A DNA stretch of 64,000 bases, taken from positions 11,055-75,054 of the forward strand of contig JAAEQW010000111.1 of the NCBI GenBank assembly GCA_024231025.1, read 5' to 3'. Below are positions 19,415 through 29,343 of this stretch, one piece after another; the stretch's first letter is position 1; each line of letters begins with the position of its first letter. The notes beneath the pieces were generated by a model. That model was not told the DNA's origin. It made no database searches and worked only from the letters and a program-made list of their open reading frames with translations. The position numbers and the translations under genes are program-made. The stretch is from Candidatus Omnitrophota bacterium (GTDB lineage: Bacteria > Omnitrophota > Gorgyraeia > Duberdicusellales > 4484-171).

Positions 19415-20827
19415 CTACTGAATTTTGTAAACAACACCTAACCCATTTGAGCTCATATAGATAGATTGTTCAGTATACCCCGAACTTATCACTTCATCAA
19501 TGAAATTACGATACCGATTATTGCAATCAATAATAATTAGCGGAGTTTCTAAATTATCATTTAGATAATCAAAATTAACTTTGCCAATAGATTTAATTTT
19601 CTGAGATTTTTTTTCGCCCAAAAGATAAGAAAGATAATCATCCTTGCGAAAAGGGGCAGATATTGCCTTACAATTTTTTATATACTGCTGGTTTTTCAAC
19701 AAAAACTCTACTGCCTCTTCAATTGCACGACTCACATTTTCCTCATTGCGCACTTTTTCTTTGGCCCAATTAAAATGAGTAACGTTAAAGCTAAGCGCAA
19801 TTAACAAAACAAGATATGCAAAATTTAGGTATTTTCTATAAGGCAAATCTCCAAACGCAAACATCACGATCAAACTAGCATAAAAAACAATAATATTAAG
19901 CGGCAAGCAAAAATATCTGCTAACAACTACCAAATCTCCTTTTAACGCCAAACCCCAGTATAATAGAAGTGGAAACGAAACCATGATCACCGGAAGCAAT
20001 GTTTTTTGCTTAAAGTGCCCCCTCAATTTAGAAGTTACCAGCAATAATCCGCATCCAAGGAATATCATAACAAAATTATATCTGGAAAAAGTCTCTTGTG
20101 CCAATACCCTCCAATAAGCAGAAAAGGAAGTGAACTCTACCAAAAGCACGTTTATGTAGTATTTAAGAATATTGTAAGAATAAAGCGGATCACCAGAAAT
20201 TCTATAATCAAAAAAGGCCCAAACAACCGGTGCCAAAAATGGCAGAAAATAAATAAGTTTCATTTTCCCCTTATCGCGCCATATAAAAAAAATAAAAATT
20301 GGCGCATAAAACCAACTTTCCGGTCTAATTAAACAAGTAAGAAAATTAACGAAGAAACAAAGACTGTATCGTTTGGCTAAAAACAGTAAGATTTGTAAAA
20401 AAACAAGAGGAACGTAAACTATCGGCCACCGAACAAAAATAAAAAAACTCCAAATAATCTCTCGACTGGCAGTAAACATAAGAATCGCGGCAAAAAAACC
20501 ATTTAAATAGTTGCCGACGATCCTTTTAGATAGTTTCATCGACACCGCAACCCATAGCGCCGAAAAGAAAACCGAAATAAAATAGGCAAATTTTGGCGAA
20601 AGCAAACCGTGCAAAAGAACCATCAATGGTTTGGGAATTTCTATAGATAGTTTATAGTTGGCACCTAAGAAATTACGCCAAATTACATGGTAGGTTATAG
20701 CAAAATCATTTTGAAAATTTACTTTTAGAAATTCGGGCAGGAGCAAGAAAAAAATAACTAATCCAATAAAGAAACTACAAAAAACCCGCGGTGAATCAAG
20801 TGATAATTTAAATTTTTCCATAAACAC
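19415..20827 (-). CDS. Polytopic membrane protein (possible GT-C fold glycosyltransferase/polymerase)
   Basis: More than 10 hydrophobic helices and a soluble C-terminal domain. Context only. Confidence 0.3.
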   Translation of the reverse strand: MFMEKFKLSLDSPRVFCSFFIGLVIFFLLLPEFLKVNFQNDFAITYHVIWRNFLGANYKLSIEIPKPLMVLLHGLLSPKFAYFISVFFSALWVAVSMKLSKRIVGNYLNGFFAAILMFTASREIIWSFFIFVRWPIVYVPLVFLQILLFLAKRYSLCFFVNFLTCLIRPESWFYAPIFIFFIWRDKGKMKLIYFLPFLAPVVWAFFDYRISGDPLYSYNILKYYINVLLVEFTSFSAYWRVLAQETFSRYNFVMIFLGCGLLLVTSKLRGHFKQKTLLPVIMVSFPLLLYWGLALKGDLVVVSRYFCLPLNIIVFYASLIVMFAFGDLPYRKYLNFAYLVLLIALSFNVTHFNWAKEKVRNEENVSRAIEEAVEFLLKNQQYIKNCKAISAPFRKDDYLSYLLGEKKSQKIKSIGKVNFDYLNDNLETPLIIIDCNNRYRNFIDEVISSGYTEQSIYMSSNGLGVVYKIQ

Positions 20828-20850
20828 TTTAGCAAAAAATTATTAAAATG

Positions 20851-21576
20851 CTAGTCAACAAATCTGTATTTAAATAACGTAATGATTGCCTTCACTCCAT
20901 CAATCGGTTTAATTTTTTTACCCTCCTTATAACTTCTTCCATAATAAGTTATTGGAACCTCATATACTCGACACCCACGCTTAAATATTTTCGCAGTAAT
21001 CTCTGGTTCAAAACAAAATCCACTAGCATTAATGTTTATGCCGGAGAAAACATCTCTCCTGAAAGCTTTGACTCCGGTTTCCATATCCGAAAGCATGGTA
21101 TCATAAAGCACATTAGCAAGTGCCGTTAAAAACTTATTGGCCAAGTAGTGCCAGCAGAAAAACACTCTATGCACCCCTAAAAATCTTGATCCATAAACTA
21201 CATCGGCATGACCATCAAGAATCGGATCAATTAAAATCTTATAATTTTTTAAAGGAGGATATTCTAAATCAGCGTCCTGGATAATTACTATATCGCCGGT
21301 TACCAAAGGTTGAGCAACCTTTATAGCGTTGGCTTTTCCGCAGTTTTGATCACAAAACAACACTCTTATGCAGTCATTCTTTATTTCGGACAAAAATTCT
21401 TTAGTGCCGTCACTGGAGCAATCATCTACTACTATTATCTCTTTTTCAAACCCTAAATCTAATTTTATAAGATCATCCAGAACTTTTCCTATCGTATTGA
21501 TTTCATTATATACTGGGATAATTACTGATAATTTCATCTTCTTCTCACTCGTCACTTTCATGGTTTCTGCCATCAT
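20851..21576 (-). CDS. Polyprenyl-phosphate sugar synthase-type GT2 (DPM1/ArnC-like)
   Basis: LSVIIPVYNE...VVDDCSSDGT...IQDADLEYPP. Confidence 0.8.
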   Translation of the reverse strand: MMAETMKVTSEKKMKLSVIIPVYNEINTIGKVLDDLIKLDLGFEKEIIVVDDCSSDGTKEFLSEIKNDCIRVLFCDQNCGKANAIKVAQPLVTGDIVIIQDADLEYPPLKNYKILIDPILDGHADVVYGSRFLGVHRVFFCWHYLANKFLTALANVLYDTMLSDMETGVKAFRRDVFSGININASGFCFEPEITAKIFKRGCRVYEVPITYYGRSYKEGKKIKPIDGVKAIITLFKYRFVD

Positions 21577-23116
21577 TCAATTCCATTAAACTTGTATTGC
21601 CCACCCGCAACAAAAGCTTAAATTCATCGCTATATTTACGCATCATCGGCAAAAGATAACGAACTGTTTTTGTTGAAAATTCATCAAGCACCAAATATTT
21701 TATCTTGTTTTTTAAGAGCTCCTCATACACCTCATCCGGATCCAAAGAGAATTTATAACTCAAAGATTGATGCCCAGTATAAAGATAAGTGAGCCTTGGT
21801 TTGCGAGAACAAATCACTCCATCTTCTGGCAAATTTTCACTTATCCACCCATGCGCACGAACAAAATTGCCGAATCCCGGCGACAAACTTGGCGGAAAAT
21901 AGGTAGAAAAAGCTACCGTTGTCAAACAATTAACCGCAAAGATTGCAATTACCACTGATAAAAAAACTAATTGTTTCAACTTTTTAGGAAAAAGCCCCGC
22001 AACTGTTTTTGTTCCGATAAGGAAATAAAAAATCAAAAGCGGCATAAGCGGCACTAAAAAACGAATTCCCTCATGAAAGGGCCAAAAAATTACAAGAAAA
22101 AAATAAAACAAAAAATAGTAAGTCAGCACACATTTTCTATTTTCTATAAATTTACGCCACAATCCCAAAAAAATCAAGCCAGTAGTAACAAACGGTGCAA
22201 AACTCTGCCATAATTGCCATTTTGTCATAGGGTAAAGACAAATAATCTCAGCAATCCTCTTACTATAATAATCAATTCCACTTACGAAACGAGTAAAAAT
22301 ATACTCCGGATGCTGCAGGAATGTTCCTTTATCCAAAGCATAAGCGTCTACAGCAAACAACAACTTAAATTGAGACACCACATAACTGCGATATATGAAT
22401 TTAAAGACGTTCCATCCCAAAAAGACCACAAGAAAGCCACCTCCCACAAGCAAGATCTTTTTCATACCAACTTCTTTACGAGAAAACCACAGAGCAGTAA
22501 TCACGCTGAAAAATAAAATTACACCGATATGGCGAGTGAAGTAAGTTAAAGCTAACGTCAAAATAAGAAAAAGACCATCACGATTAAACCATTTCGGTTT
22601 ATCGATATATTTGCCAAGCATAAATAAGACACAAGCAGAAAAAAATAGATAGGGTATTTCCGAACGAATATATCTGGCGCAATAAATAATGTAATTCCAA
22701 TTCACCGCAAGAAAAAATATTGTAAAAAAAGCCATTTTGGAATCTGAGTATTTCTTAAAAATATGGTAAAACATGATCAAACTCAAAAATCCCAAAAAAG
22801 CTACCAGCAAATACATTAAATAAAAATTTCTCCCAAAAAAGAAAACAACAGAGGATAATAGTAGCGGGAAAACCGGCGGATACATAACGCAAATTGGCTC
22901 ACCTGGGTAATTTAACATCCGCAGGCCTTGACCACTTGCCACACTTTCAGCAACAGTAATGTATTGCGCGCTATCGCCGCCAGTATCAAAAAACTGGGGC
23001 ACAACGCTATTAAAAACAATGGCCCAAAAAAGTAAACCCAATACAATCCAGCACCAGTTAGTCTTGATAGCGCTTAGGACTTGTATTTTTGAAAATTTTA
23101 AATCATATTTTTTCAT
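21545..23116 (-). CDS. GT-C fold glycosyltransferase, ArnT/PMT-like (GT39/GT83-type)
   Basis: Polytopic. The first loop motif FFDTGGDSAQYITVAESVASGQG resembles the DE..Y.EIAREM loop of ArnT/PMT enzymes. Overlaps the upstream DPM1-like GT2 gene. Confidence 0.45.
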   Translation of the reverse strand: MKKYDLKFSKIQVLSAIKTNWCWIVLGLLFWAIVFNSVVPQFFDTGGDSAQYITVAESVASGQGLRMLNYPGEPICVMYPPVFPLLLSSVVFFFGRNFYLMYLLVAFLGFLSLIMFYHIFKKYSDSKMAFFTIFFLAVNWNYIIYCARYIRSEIPYLFFSACVLFMLGKYIDKPKWFNRDGLFLILTLALTYFTRHIGVILFFSVITALWFSRKEVGMKKILLVGGGFLVVFLGWNVFKFIYRSYVVSQFKLLFAVDAYALDKGTFLQHPEYIFTRFVSGIDYYSKRIAEIICLYPMTKWQLWQSFAPFVTTGLIFLGLWRKFIENRKCVLTYYFLFYFFLVIFWPFHEGIRFLVPLMPLLIFYFLIGTKTVAGLFPKKLKQLVFLSVVIAIFAVNCLTTVAFSTYFPPSLSPGFGNFVRAHGWISENLPEDGVICSRKPRLTYLYTGHQSLSYKFSLDPDEVYEELLKNKIKYLVLDEFSTKTVRYLLPMMRKYSDEFKLLLRVGNTSLMELNDGRNHESDE

Positions 23117-23170
23117 AAAGTGATTTTACTATTCGCAGGAAACGAATTGAAAAGAGTGTTTATTCTATTC

Positions 23171-23872
23171 TTATTTTTTTATTCCGAATTTAAGAAAAAT
23201 AATTGGCCTTAGAATCCGCCACCAATCTACCACCGGTATCATCTTTGTGTATCCTTTATCGATAAAATAACTTTTTGTTACACCAACTTCTTTTATTTTT
23301 AAACCTAATTTTACTGCCTTATACAAAATGTATGGTTCCAGTTCGTAGCGATTTAACCATTTGGCATCGAGTTTTATCACTTCCAAAGCAGAAACTTTAA
23401 AAGCCCTAAACCCATTGGTTCCATCAGTAAAAGAAAACCCAGTACAAAAACTTAAAATAGAAGCATATATTTTGGTAGTAACTCTTCTAAACAAAGGTAT
23501 GTCCTGAGTGCTACCCCCAGCAAGCCACCTTGACCCTTGCACAAGGTCGTAGCCCTCTTCACTAATCGGCTTTACGAGCCTGGATATCTGATTAGGATTA
23601 TCCTGATTATCACCGCCCATGACTACTATGATATCTGCGCCATCTCTTTGGGCGCGACTAAAACCGCTTCTTAAAGCTGCACCAACTCCCATATTAACTT
23701 CATGCTTTATCACAATCGCACCGGCTGCGGTAGCTAAATCTGCCGTTTTATCCACAGATCCATCATCAACAACATAGATTGCTTCTAGCCCCGAAACGGC
23801 CTTAACTTTAACGACTAGACTTTCTATATGTTGTTGTTCCTGATAAGCTGGAATAACCACTGCAACTCGCAT
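23171..23872 (-). CDS. Polyprenyl-phosphate sugar synthase-type GT2 (start at internal ATG 23870-23872; TAATG coupling with upstream gene)
   Basis: [12 protein letters not shown]...VVDDGSVDKT. The stop of the upstream gene and this start share one nucleotide. Confidence 0.75.
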   Translation of the reverse strand: MRVAVVIPAYQEQQHIESLVVKVKAVSGLEAIYVVDDGSVDKTADLATAAGAIVIKHEVNMGVGAALRSGFSRAQRDGADIIVVMGGDNQDNPNQISRLVKPISEEGYDLVQGSRWLAGGSTQDIPLFRRVTTKIYASILSFCTGFSFTDGTNGFRAFKVSALEVIKLDAKWLNRYELEPYILYKAVKLGLKIKEVGVTKSYFIDKGYTKMIPVVDWWRILRPIIFLKFGIKK

Positions 23873-24981
23873 TAAAAACTCCTTAGACAAGTACTTACAT
23901 ATTCCATTTCTTCTTTTTTTAAATAGGGAAACATCGGCAACGAAACAATCTCTTTGCAAATTTGTTCTGTAATCGGGAAACTACCTTTTTTATACCCTAA
24001 AGAGCTATACGCCTTGGTTAAATGTATCGGAATTGGATAATGAATCCCCGTAGAAATACCTTTCTGCGTTAAGTAATCTTGAAACTTCTTACGCTTGGTA
24101 GTGCGAATTACATAAAGATGATAAACGTGGTATGCCTCTTTTTGCTCGTTAGGTAAAATGTATCCAACACCTTGCAAAGTTTTATTGTAGAAATGAGCTA
24201 TTTGACGTCGCATTTTATTGTGTTGATCAAGATAATTCAATTTCACTTTTAGAACTGCAGCCTGAATGGTGTCTAGCCGGCTATTATATCCTTGCATTAG
24301 ATGATGATATTTTTGTTTCTGTCCGTAGTTGCGCAACATCTCTATTTTATGGGCAATATCTTTTCGCCCGGTCACCACCATCCCACCATCTCCCAGGGCT
24401 CCCAAATTCTTAGCCGGATAAAAACTAAAACAACCGGCATCACCGAAACTACCAACTCTCTTATTCTTATACAAAGCACCATGAGCCTGGCAAGCATCCT
24501 CGACAACAGACAAGCTATACTCTCTAGCAATTTTTATAATAGAATCCATTGCCGCCGGATGTCCATAAAGGTGCACCGGCAAAATCGCCTTAACTTTTTT
24601 CGCATGAAGAAGATATTTTCTTATTTTTTGCGGGTCTAAATTATAAGTAGTAGGATCAACATCGATAAGAACCGGTTTAGCCCCCAAAGACGTGATCGCT
24701 AAAACAGTAGCAATAAACGTATTCGCAGCAGTTATAACTTTATCGCCCTTTCCAATTCCAATGGCTCTCAATGAATATTGAAGGGCATCGGTGCCCGATG
24801 CTAAACCTAGGGCGAATTTTGTTTGACAGTATTGCGCAAAATCTTTTTCAAAAAGAGAAACTTCTTCTCCCAATATAAAATTTCCCTTTTGAAAAACATT
24901 GTTAATCGCTTTCTTGATCTCTTTTTCTCTTATTTTGTGCTCACGGTTTATATTCACAAAAGAGATCGTATCTTTACTCAT
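23872..24981 (-). CDS. DegT/DnrJ/EryC1-family PLP-dependent sugar aminotransferase (WbpE-like)
   Basis: N-terminal ...LGEEV..FE..FA.Y...[12 protein letters not shown] pattern and the [15 protein letters not shown] Lys motif. Confidence 0.85.
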   Translation of the reverse strand: MSKDTISFVNINREHKIREKEIKKAINNVFQKGNFILGEEVSLFEKDFAQYCQTKFALGLASGTDALQYSLRAIGIGKGDKVITAANTFIATVLAITSLGAKPVLIDVDPTTYNLDPQKIRKYLLHAKKVKAILPVHLYGHPAAMDSIIKIAREYSLSVVEDACQAHGALYKNKRVGSFGDAGCFSFYPAKNLGALGDGGMVVTGRKDIAHKIEMLRNYGQKQKYHHLMQGYNSRLDTIQAAVLKVKLNYLDQHNKMRRQIAHFYNKTLQGVGYILPNEQKEAYHVYHLYVIRTTKRKKFQDYLTQKGISTGIHYPIPIHLTKAYSSLGYKKGSFPITEQICKEIVSLPMFPYLKKEEMEYVSTCLRSF

Positions 24982-26002
24982 ACGAGCTACCTTCTTCTAC
25001 TTTTACAGGCTCTCCATTTTTAGCCAACGACTCCTGAAAAGCTTCCAGTATTTTTACAATTTCGAAACCGTTTTTCCCATCTGTCAAAGGCATTTTTTTC
25101 TGTTCAACGCACTCAAGAAAGTGTTCACACTGTTTTTTTAATGGTTCGTAATCACTCACTTTAGGGCTGACGATATTACCATCCCTTAGAAGAAGTTGAA
25201 ATTCTCCAAAATTTGAAATTTCACGCTCAACCTCAATACCTTTTTCAAAAATTCTTATCTTTTCTAAATTATTTAAATCATCAAAAACAATTCTCTGTCT
25301 TGCGGCAACAATGCTTACTTCTCGCTCTTTATGTGAATCTATCCAACTTACATGAATATTGGCAATTACATTGTGTGGATAAAAAAGTGTTGCGAATCCT
25401 ACGTCTTCCCTTCCTTCTCTTATAACCTGGCTGCCAACAACACTAACTTTAATTGGCATTGCCCCCAAAAGATAATTGAAAATAGATATATCATGAGGAG
25501 CAAGATCCCAAAAGGCATTCACATCCTCTCTAATCAATCCCAAATGAGTGCGGGTTGCTTTTAGATAATAAATTTTGCCACATTCACCGTTGTCAATGTA
25601 GCGTTTGATTTGGCGGATTGCTGAATTATACAAAAAAGTATGACTAACCATTAAAGCCAGCTTCCTTTCCTCAGATAATTCTACCAGCTCCTTGGCCTGA
25701 TCACTTTTTAATGTAAATGGTTTTTCAACTAAAACATGCTTGTTGCTTAGGAGCGCTTTTTTGACTAATTCATAATGGGTAGTCGCCGGAGTAGAAATGG
25801 CTACCGCTTCAATAAGTTCATCTTTTAGAATATCCTCTATGTTGTGGGAAATTTTAACCCACGAATATCTACTGCTAACATTTTTCAATTTTTCCTGATC
25901 ACAATCGTACGCGCTAACTACAATATCTTCCCGACTCTCCTTAAAAACTCGCAAATAATTTTTACCCCAATGTCCACAGCCAATAATTCCTATTCCTTTC
26001 AT
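24974..26002 (-). CDS. Gfo/Idh/MocA-family NAD-dependent sugar oxidoreductase (WbpB-like)
   Basis: [16 protein letters not shown] is a Rossmann N-terminus typical of this family. Confidence 0.8.
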   Translation of the reverse strand: MKGIGIIGCGHWGKNYLRVFKESREDIVVSAYDCDQEKLKNVSSRYSWVKISHNIEDILKDELIEAVAISTPATTHYELVKKALLSNKHVLVEKPFTLKSDQAKELVELSEERKLALMVSHTFLYNSAIRQIKRYIDNGECGKIYYLKATRTHLGLIREDVNAFWDLAPHDISIFNYLLGAMPIKVSVVGSQVIREGREDVGFATLFYPHNVIANIHVSWIDSHKEREVSIVAARQRIVFDDLNNLEKIRIFEKGIEVEREISNFGEFQLLLRDGNIVSPKVSDYEPLKKQCEHFLECVEQKKMPLTDGKNGFEIVKILEAFQESLAKNGEPVKVEEGSSYE

Positions 26003-26634
26003 TATAGCCTCTCCCTGTTTTTATAAGGTTCATCGGTTATTCCGCTAATACACTTTAACTCATGGATAGATTTATGCACTTTGGCAGGATTACCGTAAAC
26101 TACTGAATTCGGCGCAACGTCTCTGGTAACTACGCTACCGGCACCGATTAGACTATTTTGGCCAATTATTACACCGGGCAAAATAGTTACGTTTACTCCG
26201 ATTTGCGTTCCTTTTTTAATTGTTGGTCCGCGCATACACTTCCTTGAATGTTCACAACCGGGGTGAAAGTCATTGGCAATCATTGCTCCAGGCGCTAAAA
26301 ACACATCATCTTCAATGGTGGTAAACTGAGCAATATAGCAATTACAATGGATTCTCACATTATTGGCAATTTTGCACCCATAATCGATAACCGAATTGTT
26401 CCAAATAGAAAAATGGTTTCCAATTTTATTTTCTTCACGAATAACTACATTGTGACCAGTCTCCAGAAAGCATCCAATTTGACTACCTCCGTAGATAACC
26501 GTTCCTGAGCGTATCCTTGCTTGATCACCAATCACAAGCAAAACTGAGGGCTTAACTCTATCAGAAGGATATCCGAGCCGAACCCCATCATCTACACGAG
26601 AATTAACCCCAATTTTAAATTTTTCATGCGTCAT
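26002..26634 (-). CDS. Hexapeptide-repeat (LbH) sugar N-acetyltransferase (WbpD-like)
   Basis: Repeated [LIV]-G-x-x-x-x hexapeptides (NVRIHCNCYI, IGVNVTILPGVIIGQNSLIGAGSVV). Confidence 0.8.
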   Translation of the reverse strand: MTHEKFKIGVNSRVDDGVRLGYPSDRVKPSVLLVIGDQARIRSGTVIYGGSQIGCFLETGHNVVIREENKIGNHFSIWNNSVIDYGCKIANNVRIHCNCYIAQFTTIEDDVFLAPGAMIANDFHPGCEHSRKCMRGPTIKKGTQIGVNVTILPGVIIGQNSLIGAGSVVTRDVAPNSVVYGNPAKVHKSIHELKCISGITDEPYKNRERL

Positions 26635-26677
26635 GATTTTTAATTTGTTTAAAATTACGAATTATTGCCGGCCGGTA

Positions 26678-27532
26678 TTAGTCTATTTTCTCCATCCTTA
26701 AACTGGCAATCTGCTCAGAAACCAAACCCAGCATAAGTATGATTACAGAACTACTGAGCAAAAGTGCGCTCATATTAGTAAAACGATGCGCGTTAAAAAA
26801 AGTATAGCCGTAATAGCCTAGGCCAAGACCGCCAAACAATAAAGAAATCGGCAAAAATACTTTCAATGGAGAGAAAAACACACAAATCTTCATTATGATA
26901 ACGAAAAATCTTGTTCCATCGCTCAAAAGATTTATTTTGCTTTTTCCTTTTTGCCTAGGCAAAACAGATGCCTCAATAAATTTGACTGAATATGCGGCTT
27001 TTATAAACGATAAGGTTAATGTTGAAGGGTAAGAAAAAGTATTCGGCAAAAGATACAAAAACTTCATGGCCTTATCTTTTTTGAAAGCCCTGAACCCGGA
27101 AGTTAAATCGTCTATCTTCATCCCACTAATGTAGGAAGCTAAGCAATTGTATATATTGTTTGCTATTTTTCTCCAAAAAACCTGAGCCGACTTCGTTCTC
27201 GCTCCAACAACCATGTCAAAATCGGACAATCCCTCCAGCAACTTCGGAATTTCTTCGGGATTGTGTTGGCCGTCAGCGTCCATCAACACTATTGCCTGCC
27301 CGCTAGCTTTTCTTATGCCTCTTTTCACTGCTGCTCCATTACCCATGTTATAAGGGTTGTGAATCACGCGAGCTCCACAATCAACAGCTACTGAGGCAGT
27401 ATTATCCGTTGAGGCATCATTGATTACGATCACCTCGCACTCTTGCCCTAAAACCTCATGGATTTTAGAAATAAGATCCTTAAGACTCTCTTCCTCATTA
27501 TAAGCCGGCAAAATAACTGTTACCTTCATCAA
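26678..27532 (-). CDS. Polyprenyl-phosphate glycosyltransferase (GtrB/ArnC-like GT2 with C-terminal TM pair)
   Basis: VTVILPAYNEE...VINDASTDNT...LMDADGQHNP, plus two C-terminal hydrophobic helices. Confidence 0.8.
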   Translation of the reverse strand: MMKVTVILPAYNEEESLKDLISKIHEVLGQECEVIVINDASTDNTASVAVDCGARVIHNPYNMGNGAAVKRGIRKASGQAIVLMDADGQHNPEEIPKLLEGLSDFDMVVGARTKSAQVFWRKIANNIYNCLASYISGMKIDDLTSGFRAFKKDKAMKFLYLLPNTFSYPSTLTLSFIKAAYSVKFIEASVLPRQKGKSKINLLSDGTRFFVIIMKICVFFSPLKVFLPISLLFGGLGLGYYGYTFFNAHRFTNMSALLLSSSVIILMLGLVSEQIASLRMEKID

Positions 27533-27610
27533 TCTTTATAATAAAGCAAATCTAACATTTATCAAGAGTTTTTAATCAGGAGCAAGAAGAGGTGATCGCC
27601 GTTAATCCTA

Positions 27611-29122
27611 TTATCTGGGGAAAAAACGCGCAATGATGAACTTCCAAAAGCGCCATTCCCAGGCAAAATCAAAAAATCTGTGTTTCCATCTAAAATTTGC
27701 CGATAAATTCATTACCGGTATTACTAAACCATATAAGAAACAACCTAATTTACCTAATTTTTTCCTGCGAAACTCCTTAGAGTAAAAGTTCATACGATGT
27801 ATATAAAATTTATAAGTACTTAATGTCTCTATCGCTTGAAGGCTGGCCCTTAGCTTACGATTCAACCACGGTATAACCTTGGCGTCAGAAAAGCTCCAGT
27901 TTATCCAATCCTGAAATGTCTTATTTTGCTGGTACCCCAAAGCAAGCGCTTCCGCATAAAGAGATGTACCAGGGTAAGGGGTATATACAAAAATGCCGTT
28001 TATCTCTATTTTACTGCTCACCTTCATTATCTGGTCATAAATATCTAGAGTAGCTAAGCGGTCTTGCTCTGTCTCATTAGGCATTCCGATCATAAAACTA
28101 AAAACCGGCATTATCCCCCCGTCAATACAGTTCTTGGCAGTATCTATGATTTCTCTAGGAGTAATATCTTTATGGATATGCTCAAGCTCGGTAACTGATC
28201 CGGACTCAGCACCACACTGTAAATAGAGACACCCACTTTCTTTGAGCACAGCGAAATCGCTTCGATCATACTTTGCTAAATAGTTTGCCCTAGCTGCTGC
28301 TGCCCAATTGATACCTTCATTTTTTATCCCTGCGCAAATTTCCTTTACCCGCGGCAAAGAAACCATAAAATTATCATCTATAAAATATAATTTTCTTGCA
28401 CCAAGATCATTTTTTATACGCTTTAACTCTGTAATAACTTTTTCTGATGATTTCTTGCGCCACTTGCGATCATGGAAAAGCAAATTGTAACAAAACCGAC
28501 AACGATAAGGACACCCCCGACTTGTTTCATAGCTAAAACCCTCTATATAATCGGCATATTTTGCCAAATCTACTAAATCATAAGCTGGGAAGGCAAGCGT
28601 ATCGGGATCTATAAACTCTCTATTTCCTCCTGAGTAACACTTACCTTCACGATAAAAGATAGCGCCATCGATGGCTTGAAACTCTTTATTAATAATTACC
28701 CTCTCAATTACCTCAATAAAAGATTCTTCTCCTTCACCCCGAACAACATAATCAACCAAATCATCAGCGGCAGAAATTTCTGGATAAAAACTGACATGAG
28801 CACCACCCCACACCAAGGGAAGATTAGGGTAATTAGCCTTAATTGAAGTTGCTGCATTAACAGCATGCTTTAGTTGCACCCCAGACATAGAGCTTATCCC
28901 TACGCAAAGATAATCACTAAAATCTTGATTATCAAGACTATCTAGTCGAGTATCTAAAATATCAACCTGGAAGTTTTTCTGACGCAAATGCGCAGCCAAT
29001 ACAATACAAGACATTGGCAACCTAGGAAGTTTCGTTTTAGGACCGGGATATATCAGCAGTACTTTTCCTTTTGAATCCATAATCTTCATTGTTTTTGCTT
29101 TTTGCCTATTTGCATTTACCAT
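27611..29122 (-). CDS. B12-binding domain radical SAM enzyme (class B)
   Basis: N-terminal cobalamin-binding-like domain and CPYRCRFCYN (CxxxCxxC). Confidence 0.8.
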   Translation of the reverse strand: MVNANRQKAKTMKIMDSKGKVLLIYPGPKTKLPRLPMSCIVLAAHLRQKNFQVDILDTRLDSLDNQDFSDYLCVGISSMSGVQLKHAVNAATSIKANYPNLPLVWGGAHVSFYPEISAADDLVDYVVRGEGEESFIEVIERVIINKEFQAIDGAIFYREGKCYSGGNREFIDPDTLAFPAYDLVDLAKYADYIEGFSYETSRGCPYRCRFCYNLLFHDRKWRKKSSEKVITELKRIKNDLGARKLYFIDDNFMVSLPRVKEICAGIKNEGINWAAAARANYLAKYDRSDFAVLKESGCLYLQCGAESGSVTELEHIHKDITPREIIDTAKNCIDGGIMPVFSFMIGMPNETEQDRLATLDIYDQIMKVSSKIEINGIFVYTPYPGTSLYAEALALGYQQNKTFQDWINWSFSDAKVIPWLNRKLRASLQAIETLSTYKFYIHRMNFYSKEFRRKKLGKLGCFLYGLVIPVMNLSANFRWKHRFFDFAWEWRFWKFIIARFFPR

Positions 29123-29343
29123 ACATAACTAAAAACTACCCTGCTAAGGGCATAAGCGTTCAATCTTCGATAGAGATAGATACTTGCGTCAAATAATGAT
29201 AATGACATAAGCAAATTAATATTCATTTTAACTAATCTTTATAGTAAACTAATTTTCCGCTTTTATCAAGAGATAATGAAACTCTTGCAATTGCCCAAAA
29301 AAATATAGTAAAATACCTAAAAATAGTTTATAATTGAATCATT

